DNA from: Auanema rhodensis
Taxonomy: Eukaryota; Animalia; Nematoda
Length of the DNA: 64,000 nt
Direction: 5' to 3'
NCBI GenBank assembly: GCA_964057225.1
Contig: OZ059895.1
Coordinates: 20,522,001 to 20,586,000 of the forward strand
In this document: positions 40,241 to 53,664 of the stretch, one piece after another
How the letters are laid out: each line of letters begins with the position of its first letter
How positions within the stretch are numbered: the stretch's first letter is position 1
Notes under the pieces: generated by a model
The model's input: the letters and a program-made list of their open reading frames with translations, nothing else
Told to the model about the DNA's origin: nothing
The model's database searches: none
Made by a program: the position numbers and the translations under genes

Positions 40241-43200
40241 TGCACTTGGTATGTAACTCGCTTCACTCAAAGATAAAGAGATGCGGTTTTCAAAATTAGA
40301 TTCCCCATGTCCATATTAGTCTAAAAACAAATTTTTATTGATATTGGTGCATGGTAACCATGACTTTAAAATTTACGTGAACTTTAATTTATGCTAATTA
40401 AGTGTACACATGATGTGCACTTGGTATGTAACTCGCTTCACGTCAAAGATAAAGAGATGCGGTTTTCAAAATTAGATTCCCCATGTCCATATTAGTCTAA
40501 AAACAAATTTTTATGAATATTGGTGCATGGTAACCATGACTTTGAAATTTACGTGAACTTTAATTTATGCTAATTAAGTGTACACATGATGTGCACTTGG
40601 TATGTAACTCGCTTCACGTCAAAGATAAAGAGATGCGGTTTTGAAAATTAGATTCCCCATGTCCATATTAGTCTAAAAACAAATTTTTATTAATATTGGT
40701 GCATGGTAACCATGACTTTGAAATTTACGTGAACTTTAATTTATGCTAATTAAGTGTACACATGATGTGCACTTGGTAAGTAACTCGCTTCACGTCAAAG
40801 ATAAAGAGATGCGGTTTTCAAAATTAGATTCCCCATGTCCATATTAGTCTAAAAACAATTTTTTATCAATATTGGTGCATGGTAACCATGACTTTGAAAT
40901 TTACGTGAACTTTAATTTTTGCTAATTAAGTGTACACATGCTGTGCGCTTGGTATGTAACTCTCTTCACGTGAAAGATAAAGAGATGCGGTTTTCAAAAT
41001 TAGATTCCTCATGTCCATATTAGTCTAAAAACGAATTTTTATTGATATTGGTGCATGGTAACCATGACTTTAAAATTTACGTGAACTTTAATTTATGCTA
41101 ATTAAGTGTACACATGATGTGCACTTGGTATGTAACTTGCTTCACGTCAAAGATAAAGAGATGCGGTTTTCAAAATTAGATTCCCCATGTCCATTTTAGT
41201 CTAAAAACGAATTTTTATTGATATTGGTGGATGGTAACCATGACTTTAAAACTTACGTGAACTTCAATTTATGCTAATTAAGTGTACACATGATGTGCAC
41301 TTGGTAAGTAACTCGCTTCACGTCAAAGATAAAGAGATGCGGTTTTCAAAATTAGATTCCCCATGTCCATATTAGTCTAAAAACAATTTTTTATCAATAT
41401 TGGTGCATGGTAACCATGACTTTGAAATTTACGTGAACTTTAATTTTTGCTAATTAAGTGTACACATGCTGTGCGCTTGGTATGTAACTCTCTTCACGTG
41501 AAAGATAAAGAGATGCGGTTTCCAAAATTAGATTCCCCATGTCCATATTAGTCTAAAAACAAATTTTTATTGATATTGGTGCATGGTAACCATGACTTTA
41601 AAATTTACGTGAACTTTAATTTATGCTAATTAAGTGTACACATGATGTGCACTTGGTATGTAACTCGCTTCACGTCAAAGATAAAGAAATGCGGTTTTCA
41701 AAATTAGATTCGCCATGTCCATGTTAGTCTAAAAACAAATTTCTATTAATATTGGTGCATGGTAACCATGACTTTGAAATTTACGTGAACTTTAATTTAT
41801 GCTAATTAAGTGTACACATGATGTGCACTTGGTATGTAACTCGCTTCAAGTGAAAGATAAAGAGATGCGCTTTTCAAAATTAGATTTCGCATGTCCATAT
41901 TAGTCTAAAAACAAATTTTTATTGATATTGGTGCATGGTAACCATGACTTTAAAATTTACGTGAACTTTAATTTATGCTAATTAAGTGTACACATGATGT
42001 GCACTTGGTATGTAACTCGCTTCACGTCAAAGATAAAGAGATGCGGTTTTCAAAATTAGATTCCCCATGTCCATATTAGTCTAAAAACAAATTTTTATTA
42101 ATATTGGTGCATGGTAACCATGACTTTGAAATTTACGTGAACTTTAATTTATGCTAATTAAGTGTACACATGATGTGCACTTGGTATGTAACTCGCTTCA
42201 CGTCAAAGATAAAAAGATGAGGTTTTCAAAATTAGATTCCCCATGTCCATATTAGTCTAAAAACAAATTTTTATTAATATTGGTGCATGGTAACCATGAC
42301 TTTGAAATTTACGTGAACTCTAATTTATGCTAATTAAGTGTACACATGATGTGCGCTTGGTATGTAACTCGCTTCACGTGAAAGATAAAGAGATGCGGTT
42401 TTCAAAATTAGATTCCTCATGTCCATATTAGTCTAAAAACGAATTTTTATTGATATTGGTGCATGGCAACCATGACTTTAAAATTTACGTGAACTTTAAT
42501 TTATGCTAATTAAGTGTACACATGATGTGCACTTGGTATGTAACTCGCTTCACTCAAAGATAAAGAGATGCGGTTTTCAAAATTAGATTCCCCATGTCCA
42601 TATTAGTCTAAAAACAAATTTTTATTAATATTGGTGCATGGTAACTATGACTTTGAAATTTACGTGAACTTTAATTTATGCTAATTAAGTGTACACATGA
42701 TGTGCACTTGGTATGTAACTCGCTTCAAGTGAAAGATAAAGAGATGCGCTTTTCAAAATTAGATTTCGCATGTCCATATTAGTCTAAAAACAAATTTTTA
42801 TTGATATTGGTGCATGGTAACCATGACTTTAAAATTTACGTGAACTTTAATTTATGCTAATTAAGTGTACACATGATGTGCACTTGGTATGTAACTCGCT
42901 TCACGTCAAAGATAAAGAGATGCGGTTTTGAAAATTAGATTCCCCATGTCCATATTAGTCTAAAAATAAATTTTTATTAATATTGGTGCATGGTAACCAT
43001 GACTTTGAAATTTACGTGAACTTTAATTTATGCTAATTAAGTGTACACATGATGTGCACTTGGTAAGTAACTCGCTTCACGTCAAAGATAAAGAGATGCG
43101 GTTTTGAAAATTAGATTCCCCATGTCCATATTAGTCTAAAAACAAATTTTTATTAATATTGGTGCATGGTAACCATGACTTTGAAATTTACGTGAACTTT

Positions 43201-44860
43201 AATTTATGCTAATTAAGTGTACACATGATGTGCACTTGGTAAGTAACTCGCTTCACGTCAAAGATAAAGAGATGCGGTTTTCAAAATTAGATTCCCCATG
43301 TCCATGTTAGTCTAAAAACAATTTTTTATCAATATTGGTGCATGGTAACTATGACTTTGAAATTTACGTGAACTTTAATTTATGCTAATTAAGTGTACAC
43401 ATGATGTGCACTTGGTATGTAACTCGCTTCAAGTGAAAGATAAAGAGATGCGCTTTTCAAAATTAGATTTCGCATGTCCATATTAGTCTAAAAACAAATT
43501 TTTATTGATATTGGTGCATGGTAACCATGACTTTAAAATTTACGTGAACTTTAATTTATGCTAATTAAGTGTACACATGATGTGCACTTGGTATGTAACT
43601 CGCTTCACGTCAAAGATAAAGAGATGCGGTTTTCAAAATTAGATTCCCCATGTCCATATTAGTCTAAAAACAAATTTTTATTAATATTGGTGCATGGTAA
43701 CCATGACTTTGAAATTTACGTGAACTTTAATTTATGCTAATTAAGTGTACACATGATGTGCACTTGGTATGTAACTCGCTTCACGTCAAAGATAAAAAGA
43801 TGAGGTTTTCAAAATTAGATTCCCCATGTCCATATTAGTCTAAAAACAAATTTTTATTAATATTGGTGCATGGTAACCATGACTTTGAAATTTACGTGAA
43901 CTTTAATTTATGCTAATTAAGTGTACACATGATGTGCGCTTGGTATGTAACTCGCTTCACGTGAAAGATAAAGAGATGCGGTTTCCAAAATTAGATTCCC
44001 CATGTCCATATTAGTCTAAAAACAAATTTTTATTGATATTGGTGCATGGCAACCATGACTTTAAAATTTACGTGAACTTTAATTTATGCTAATTAAGTGT
44101 ACACATGATGTGCACTTGGTATGTAACTCGCTTCACTCAAAGATAAAGAGATGCGGTTTTCAAAATTAGATTCCCCATGTCCATATTAGTCTAAAAACAA
44201 ATTTTTATTGATATTGGTGCATGGTAACCATGACTTTAAAATTTATGTGAACTTTAATTTATGCTAATTAAGTGTACACATGATGTGCACTTGGTATGTA
44301 ACTCGCTTCACGTCAAAGATAAAGAGATGCGGTTTTCAAAATTAGATTCCCCATGTCCATATTAGTCTAAAAACAAATTTTTATGAATATTGGTGCATGG
44401 TAACCATGACTTTGAAATTTACGTGAACTTTAATTTATGCTAATTAAGTGTACACATGATGTGCACTTGGTATGTAACTCGCTTCACGTCAAAGATAAAG
44501 AGATGCGGTTTTGAAAATTAGATTCCCCATGTCCATATTAGTCTAAAAACAAATTTTTATTAATATTGGTGCATGGTAACCATGACTTTGAAATTTACGT
44601 GAACTTTAATTTATGCTAATTAAGTGTACACATGATGTGCACTTGGTAAGTAACTCGCTTCACGTCAAAGATAAAGAGATGCGGTTTTCAAAATTAGATT
44701 CCCCATGTCCATATTAGTCTAAAAACAATTTTTTATCAATATTGGTGCATGGTAACCATGACTTTGAAATTTACGTGAACTTTAATTTTTGCTAATTAAG
44801 TGTACACATGCTGTGCGCTTGGTATGTAACTCTCTTCACGTGAAAGATAAAGAGATGCGG
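37481..44860. repeat. Near-tandem 22-monomer duplication (3870-bp period)
   Basis: CACTC 38681/42551 and 40264/44134; monomer-type order matches over about 20 monomers. Confidence 0.85.
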
Positions 44861-47800
44861 TTTCCAAAATTAGATTCCCCATGTCCATATTAGTCTAAAA
44901 ACAAATTTTTATTGATATTGGTGCATGGTAACCATGACTTTAAAATTTACGTGAACTTTAATTTATGCTAATTAAGTGTACACATGATGTGCACTTGGTA
45001 TGTAACTCGCTTCACGTCAAAGATAAAGAAATGCGGTTTTCAAAATTAGATTCCCCATGTCCATGTTAGTCTAAAAACAAATTTCTATTAATATTGGTGC
45101 ATGGTAACTATGACTTTGAAATTTACGTGAACTTCAATTTATGCTAATTAAGTGTACACATGATGTGCACTTGGTATGTAACTCGCTTCAAGTGAAAGAT
45201 AAAGAGATGCGCTTTTCAAAATTAGATTTCGCATGTCCATATTAGTCTAAAAACAAATTTTTATTGATATTGGTGCATGGTAACCATGACTTTAAAATTT
45301 ACGTGAACTTTAATTTATGCTAATTAAGTGTACACATGATGTGCACTTGGTATGTAACTCGCTTCACGTCAAAGATAAAGAGATGCGGTTTTCAAAATTA
45401 GATTCCCCATGTCCATATTAGTCTAAAAACAAATTTTTATTAATATTGGTGCATGGTAACCATGACTTTGAAATTTACGTGAACTTTAATTTATGCTAAT
45501 TAAGTGTACACATGATGTGCACTTGGTATGTAACTCGCTTCACGTCAAAGATAAAAAGATGAGGTTTTCAAAATTAGATTCCCCATGTCCATATTAGTCT
45601 AAAAACAAATTTTTATTAATATTGGTGCATGGTAACCATGACTTTGAAATTTACGTGAACTTTAATTTATGCTAATTAAGTGTACACATGATGTGCGCTT
45701 GGTATGTAACTCGCTTCACGTGAAAGATAAAGAGATGCGGTTTCCAAAATTAGATTCCCCTTGTCCATATTAGTCTAAAAACAAATTTTTATTGATATTG
45801 GTGCATGGCAACCATGACTTTAAAATTTACGTGAACTTTAATTTATGCTAATTAAGTGTACACATGATGTGCACTTGGTATGTAACTCGCTTCACTCAAA
45901 GATAAAGAGATGCGGTTTTCAAAATTAGATTCCCCATGTCCATATTAGTCTAAAAACAATTTTTTATCAATATTGGTGCATGGTAACCATGACTTTGAAA
46001 TTTACGTGAACTTTAATTTATGCTAATTAAGTGTACACATGATGTGCGCTTGGTATGTAACTCTCTTCACGTGAAAGATAAAGAGATGCGGTTTTCAAAA
46101 TTAGATTCCTCATGTCCATATTAGTCTGAAAACGAATTTTTATTGATATTAATGCATGGTAACCATGACTTTAAAATTTACGTGAACTTTAATTTATGCT
46201 AATTAAGTGTACACATGATATGCACTTGGTATGTAACTCGCTTCACGTCAAAGATAAAGAGATGCGGTTTTCAAAATTAGATTCCCCATGTCCATTTTAG
46301 TCTAAAAACGAATTTTTATTGATATTGGTGGATGGTAACCATGACTTTAAAACTTACGTGAACTTTAATTTATGCTAATTAAGTGTACACATGATGTGCA
46401 CTTGGTATGTAACTCGCTTCACGTGAAAGATGAAGAGATGCGGTTTTCAAAATTAGATTCCCCATGTCCATATTAGTCTAAAAACAAATTTTTATTAATA
46501 TTGGTGCATGATAACCATGACTTTGAAATTTACGTGAACTTTAATTTATGCTAATTAAGTGTACACATGATGTGCACTTGGTATGTAACTCGCTTCACGT
46601 GAAAGATAAAGAGATGCGGTTTTCCAAATTAGATTTCGCATGTCCATATTAGTCTAAAAACAAATTTTTATTGATATTGGTGCATGGTAACCATGACTTT
46701 GAAATTTACGTGAACTTTAATTTATGCTAATTAAGTGTACACATGATGTGCACTTGGTATGTAACTCGCTTCACGTGAAAGATGAAGAGATGCGGTTTTC
46801 AAAATTAGATTCCTCATGTCCATATTAGTCTAAAAACGAATTTTTATTGATATTGATGCATGGTAACCATGACTTTGAAATTTACGTGAACTTTAATTTA
46901 TGCTAATTAAGTGTACACATGATGTGCACTTGGTATGTAACTCGCTTCACGTCACAGATAAAGAGATGCGGTTTTCAAAATTAGATTCCCCATGTCCATA
47001 TTAGTCTAAAAACGAATTTTTATTGATATTGGTGAATGGTAACCATGACTTTAAAATTTACGTGAACTTCAATTTATGCTAATTAAGTGTACACGTGATG
47101 TGCACTTGGTATGTAACTCGCTTCACGTGAAAGATAAAGGGATGCGGTTTTCAAAATTAGATTCCCCATGTCCATATTAGTCTAAAAACAAATTTTTATT
47201 GATATTGATGCATGGTAACCATGACTTTAAAATTTACGTGAACTTCAATTTATGCTAATTAAGTGTACACGTGATGTGCACTTGGTATGTAACTCGCTTC
47301 ACGTGAAAGATGAAGAGATGCGGTTTTCAAAATTAGATTCCTCATGTCCATATTAGTCTAAAAACGAATTTTTATTGATATTGATGCATGGTAACCATGA
47401 CTTTGAAATTTACGTGAACTTTAATTTATGCTTATTAAGTGTACACGTGATGTGCACTTGGTATGTAACTCGCTTCACGTGAAATATAAAGGGATGCGGT
47501 TTTCAAAATTAGATTCCCCATGTCCATATTAGTCTAAAAACAAACTTTTATTGATATTGGTGCATGGTAACCATGACTTTAAAATTTACGTGAACTTTAA
47601 TTTATGCTAATTAAGTGTACACATGATGTGCACTTGGTATGTAACTCGCTTCACGTGAAAGATAAAGAGATGCGGTTTTCAAAATAGATTCCCCATTTCC
47701 ATATTAGTCTAAAAACAAATTTTTATTGATATTGGTGCATGGCAACCATGACTTTGAAATTTACGTGAACTTTAATTTATGCTTATTAAGTGTACACGTG

Positions 47801-50800
47801 ATGTGCACTTGGTATGTAACTCGCTTCACGTGAAAGATGAAGAGATGCGGTTTTCAAAATTAGATTCCCCATGTCCATATTAGTCTAAAAACAAATTTTT
47901 ATTGATATTGGTGCATGGCAACCATGACTTTGAAATTTACGTGAACTTTAATTTATGCTTATTAAGTGTACACGTGATGTGCACTTGGTATGTAACTCGC
48001 TTCACGTGAAAGATGAAGAGATGCGGTTTTCAAAATTAGATTCCCCATGTCCATATTAGTCTAAAAACAAATTTTTGTTGATATTGGTGGATGGTAACCA
48101 TGACTTTGAAATTTACGTGAACTTTAATTTATGCTAATTAAGTGTACACATGATGTGCACTTGGTATGTAACTCGCTTCACGTGAAAGATAAAGAGATGC
48201 GGTTTTCAAAATTAGATTCCCCATTTCCATATTAGTCTAAAAACAAATTTTTATTGATATTGGTGCATGGCAACCATGACTTTAAAATTTACGTGAACTT
48301 TAATTTATGCTAATTAAGTGTACACATGATGTGCACTTGGTATGTAACTCGCTTCACGTCAAAGATAAAGAGATGCGGTTTTCAAAATTAGATTCCCCAT
48401 GTCCATATTAGTCTAAAAACAAATTTTTATTGATATTGGTGCATGGCAACCATGACTTTAAAATTTACGTGAACTTTAATTTATGCTAATTAAGTGTACA
48501 CATGATGTGCACTTGGTATGTAACTCGCTTCACGTCAAAGATAAAGAGATGCGGTTTTCAAAATTAGATTCCCCATGTCCATATTAGTCTAAAAACAAAT
48601 TTTTATTGATATTGGTGCATGGTAACCATGACTTTGAAATTTACGTGAACTTTAATTTATGCTAATTAAGTGTACACATGATGTGCGCTTGGTATGTAAC
48701 TCGCTTCACGTGAAAGATGAAGAGATGCGGTTTTCAAAATTAGATTCCCCATGTTCATATTAGTCTAAAAACAAATTTTTATTAATATTGGTGCATGGTA
48801 ACCATGACTTTGAAATTTACGTGAACTTTAATTTATGCTAATTAAGTGTACACATGATGTGCACTTGGTATGTAACTCGCTTCACGTGAAAGATAAAGAG
48901 ATGCGGTTTTCCAAATTAGATTTCGCATGTCCATATTAGTCTAAAAACAAATTTTTATTGATATTGGTGCATGGTAACCATGACTTTGAAATTTACGTGA
49001 ACTTTAATTTATGCTAATTAAGTGTACACGTGATGTGCACTTGGTATGTAACTCGCTTCACGTGAAAGATAAAGAGATGCGGTTTTCAAAATTAGATTCC
49101 CCATGTCCATATTAGTCTAAACACAAAATTTTATTGATATTGGTGCATGGTAACCATGACTTTGAAATTTACGTGAACTTTAATTTATGCTAATTAAGTG
49201 TACACGTGATGTGCACTTGGTATGTAACTCGCTTCACGTGAAAGATAAAGAGATGCGGTTTTCAAAATTAGATTCCCCATTTCCATATTAGTCTAAAAAC
49301 AAATTTTTATTGATATTGGTGCATGGCAACCATGACTTTAAAATTTACGTGAACTTTTATTTATGCTAATTAAGTGTACACATGATGTGCACTTGGTATG
49401 TAACTCGTTTCACGTCAAAGATAAAGAGATGCGGTTTTCAAAATTGGATTCCCCATGTCCATATTAGTCTAAAAACAAATTTTTATTAATATTGGTGCAT
49501 GGTAACCATGACTTTGAAATTTACGTGAACTTTAATTTATGCTAATTAAGTGTACACATGATGTGCGCTTGGTATGTAACTCGCTTCACGTGAAAGATAA
49601 AGAGATGCGGTTTTCAAAATTAGATTCCCCATTTCCATATTAGTCTAAAAACAAATTTTTATTGATATTGGTGCATGGCAACCATGACTTTAAAATTTAC
49701 GTGAACTTTAATTTATGCTAATTAAGTGTACACATGATGTGCACTTGGTATGTAACTCGTTTCACGTCAAAGATAAAGAGATGCGGTTTTCAAAATTGGA
49801 TTCCCCATGTCCATATTAGTCTAAAAACAAATTTTTATTAATATTGGTGCATGGTAACCATGACTTTGAAATTTACGTGAACTTTAATTTATGCTAATTA
49901 AGTGTACACATGATGTGCACTTGGTATGTAACTCGCTTCACGTGAAAGATGAAGAGATGCGGTTTTCAAAATTAGATTCCCCATGTCCATATTAGTCTAA
50001 AAACAAATTTTTATTAATATTGGTGCATGGCAACCATGACTTTAAAATTTACGTGAACTTTAATTTATGCTAATTAAGTGTACACATGATGTGCACTTGG
50101 TATGTAACTCGCTTCACGTGAAAGATAAAGAGATGCGGTTTTCAAAATAGATTCCCCATTTCCATATTAGTCTAAAAACAAATTTTTATTGATATTGGTG
50201 CATGGCAACCATGACTTTAAAATTTACGTGAACTTTAATTTATGCTAATTAAGTGTACACATGATGTGCACTTGGTATGTAACTCGCTTCACGTCAAAGA
50301 TAAAGAGAAGAGGTTTTCAAAATTAGATTCCCCATGTCAATATTAGTCTAAAAACAAATTTTTATTAATATTGGTGCATGGTAACCATGACTTTGAAATT
50401 TACGTGAACTTTAATTTATGCTAATTAAGTGTACACATGATGTGCGCTTGGTATGTAACTCGCTTCACGTGAAAGATAAAGAGATGCGGTTTTCAAAATT
50501 AGATTCCCCATTTCCATATTAGTCTAAAAACAAATTTTTATTGATATTGGTGCATGGCAACCATGACTTTAAAATTTACGTGAACTTTAATTTATGCTAA
50601 TTAAGTGTACACATGATGTGCACTTGGTATGTAACTCGTTTCACGTGAAAGATAAAGAGATGCGGTTTTCCAAATTAGATTTCGCATGTCCATATTAGTC
50701 TAAAAACAAATTTTTATTGATATTGGTGCATGGTAACCATGACTTTGAAATTTACGTGAACTTTAATTTATGCTAATTAAGTGTACACATGATGTGCACT

Positions 50801-53664
50801 TGGTATGTAACTCGCTTCACGTGAAAGATGAAGAGATGCGGTTTTCAAAATTAGATTCCCCATGTCCATATTAGTCTAAACACAAATTTTTATTGATATT
50901 GGTGCATGGTAACCATGACTTTGAAATTTACGTGAACTTTAATTTATGCTAATTAAGTGTACACGTGATGTGCACTTGGTATGTAACTCGCTTCACGTGA
51001 AAGATAAAGAGATGCGGTTTTCAAAATTAGATTCCCCATTTCCATATTAGTCTAAAAACAAATTTTTATTGATATTGGTGCATGGCAACCATGACTTTAA
51101 AATTTACGTGAACTTTTATTTATGCTAATTAAGTGTACACATGATGTGCACTTGGTATGTAACTCGTTTCACGTCAAAGATAAAGAGATGCGGTTTCCAA
51201 AATTGGATTCCCCATGTCCATATTAGTCTAAAAACAAATTTTTATTAATATTGGTGCATGGTAACCATGACTTTGAAATTTACGTGAACTTTAATTTATG
51301 CTAATTAAGTGTACACATGATGTGCACTTGGTATGTAACTCGCTTCACGTGAAAGATGAAGAGATGCGGTTTTCAAAATTAGATTCCCCATGTCCATATT
51401 AGTCTAAAAACAAATTTTTATTGATATTGGTGCATGGCAACCATGACTTTAAAATTTACGTGAACTTTAATTTATGCTAATTAAGTGTACACATGATGTG
51501 CACTTGGTATGTAACTCGCTTCACGTCAAAGATAGAGAGAAGAGGTTTTCAAAATTAGATTCCCCATGTCAATATTAGTCTAAAAACAAATTTTTATTAA
51601 TATTGGTGCATGGTAACCATGACTTTGAAATTTACGTGAACTTTAATTTATGCTAATTAAGTGTACACATGATGTGCGCTTGGTATGTAACTCGCTTCAC
51701 GTGAAAGATAAAGAGATGCGGTTTTCATAATTAGATTCCTCATTTCCATATTAGTCTAAAAACAAATTTTTATTAATATTGGTGCATGGTAACCATGACT
51801 TTGAAATTTACGTGAACTTTAATTTATGCTAATTAAGTGTACACATGATGTGCACTTGGTATGTAACTCGCTTCACGTGAAAGATGAAGAGATGCGGTTT
51901 TCAAAATTAGATTCCCCATGTCCATATTAGTCTAAAAACAAATTTTTATTAATATTGGTGCATGGTAACCATGACTTTGAAATTTACGTGAACTTTAATT
52001 TATGCTAATTAAGTGTACACATGATGTGCACTTGGTATGTAACTCGCTTCACGTGAAAGATAAAGAGATGCGGTTTTCCAAATTAGATTTCGCATGTCCA
52101 TATTAGTCTAAAAACAAATTTTTATTGATATTGGTGCATGGTAACCATGACTTTGAAATTTACGTGAACTTTAATTTATGCTAATTAAGTGTACACATGA
52201 TGTGCACTCGGTATGTAACTCGCTTCACGTGAAAGATGAAGAGATGCGGTTTTCAAAATTAGATTCCTCATGTCCATATTAGTCTAAAAACGAATTTTTA
52301 TTGATATTGGTGCATGGTAACCATGACTTTGAAATTTACGTGAACTTTAATTTATGCTTATTAAGTGTACACGTGATGTGCACTTGGTATGTAACTCGCT
52401 TCACGTGAAATATAAAGGGATGCGGTTTTCAAAATTAGATTCCCCATGTCCATATTAGTCTAAAAACAAATTTTTATTAATATTGGTGCATGGTAACCAT
52501 GACTTTAAAATTTACGTGAACTTTAATTTATGCTAATTAAGTGTACACATGATGTGCACTTGGTATGTAACTCGCTTCACGTCAAAGATAAAGAGATGCG
52601 GTTTTCAAAATTAGATTCCCCATGTCCATATTAGTCTAAAAACAAATTTTTATTGATATTGGTGCATGGTAACCATGACTTTGAAATTAACGTGAACTTT
52701 AATTTATGCTAAATAAGTGTACACATGATGTGCACTTGGTATGTAACTCGCTTCACGTCAAAGATAAAGAGATGCGGTTTTTAAAATTAGATTCCCCATG
52801 TCCATATTAGTCTAAAAACAAATTTTTATTAATATTGGTGCATGGTAACCATGACTTTGAAATTTACGTGAACTTTAATTTATGCTAATTAAGTGTACAC
52901 GTGATGTGCACTTGGTATTTAACTCGCTTCACGTGAAAGATAAAGAGATGCGGTTTTCAAAATTAGATTCCCCATGTCCATATTAGTCTAAACACAAATT
53001 TTTATTGATATTGGTGCATGGTAACCATGACTTTGAAATTTACGTGAACTTTAATTTATGCTTATTAAGTGTACACGTGATGTGCACTTGGTATGTAACT
53101 CGCTTCACGTGAAAGATGAAGAGATGCGGTTTTCAAAATTAGATTCCCCATGTCCATATTAGTCTAAAAACAAATTTTTGTTGATATTGGTGGATGGTAA
53201 CCATGACTTTGAAATTTACGTGAACTTTAATTTATGCTAATTAAGTGTACACATGATGTGCACTTGGTATGTAACTCGCTTCAAGTCAAAGATAAAGAGA
53301 TGCGGTTTTCAAAATTAGATTCCCCATGTCCATATTAGTCTAAAAACAAATTTTTATTAATATTGGTGCATGGTAACCATGACTTTGAAATTTACGTGAA
53401 CTTTAATTTATGCTAATTAAGTGTACACATGATGTGCACTTGGTATGTAACTCGCTTCACGTGAAAGATAAAGAGATGCGGTTTTCAAAATAGATTCCCC
53501 ATTTCCATATTAGTCTAAAAACAAATTTTTATTGATATTGGTGCATGGCAACCATGACTTTAAAATTTACGTGAACTTTAATTTATGCTAATTAAGTGTA
53601 CACATGATGTGCACTTGGTATGTAACTCGCTTCACGTCAAAGATAAAGAGATGCGGTTTTCAAA

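Larger units (their letters stand above)
20031..45920. repeat. Satellite subfamily domain C (related to A)
   Basis: Markers TATGAAT, TTTTGAAA, GGTAAGT, TTTTTGC, ATGCTGTG, AAGAAATG and TACAAATG are confined here. It shares the ATGTTAG / CAAGTG-GCGCT / TTTCGC / AAAAAGATGAGG / CACTC series with domain A. CACGTC predominates over CACGTG at monomer position 150. Confidence 0.8.
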
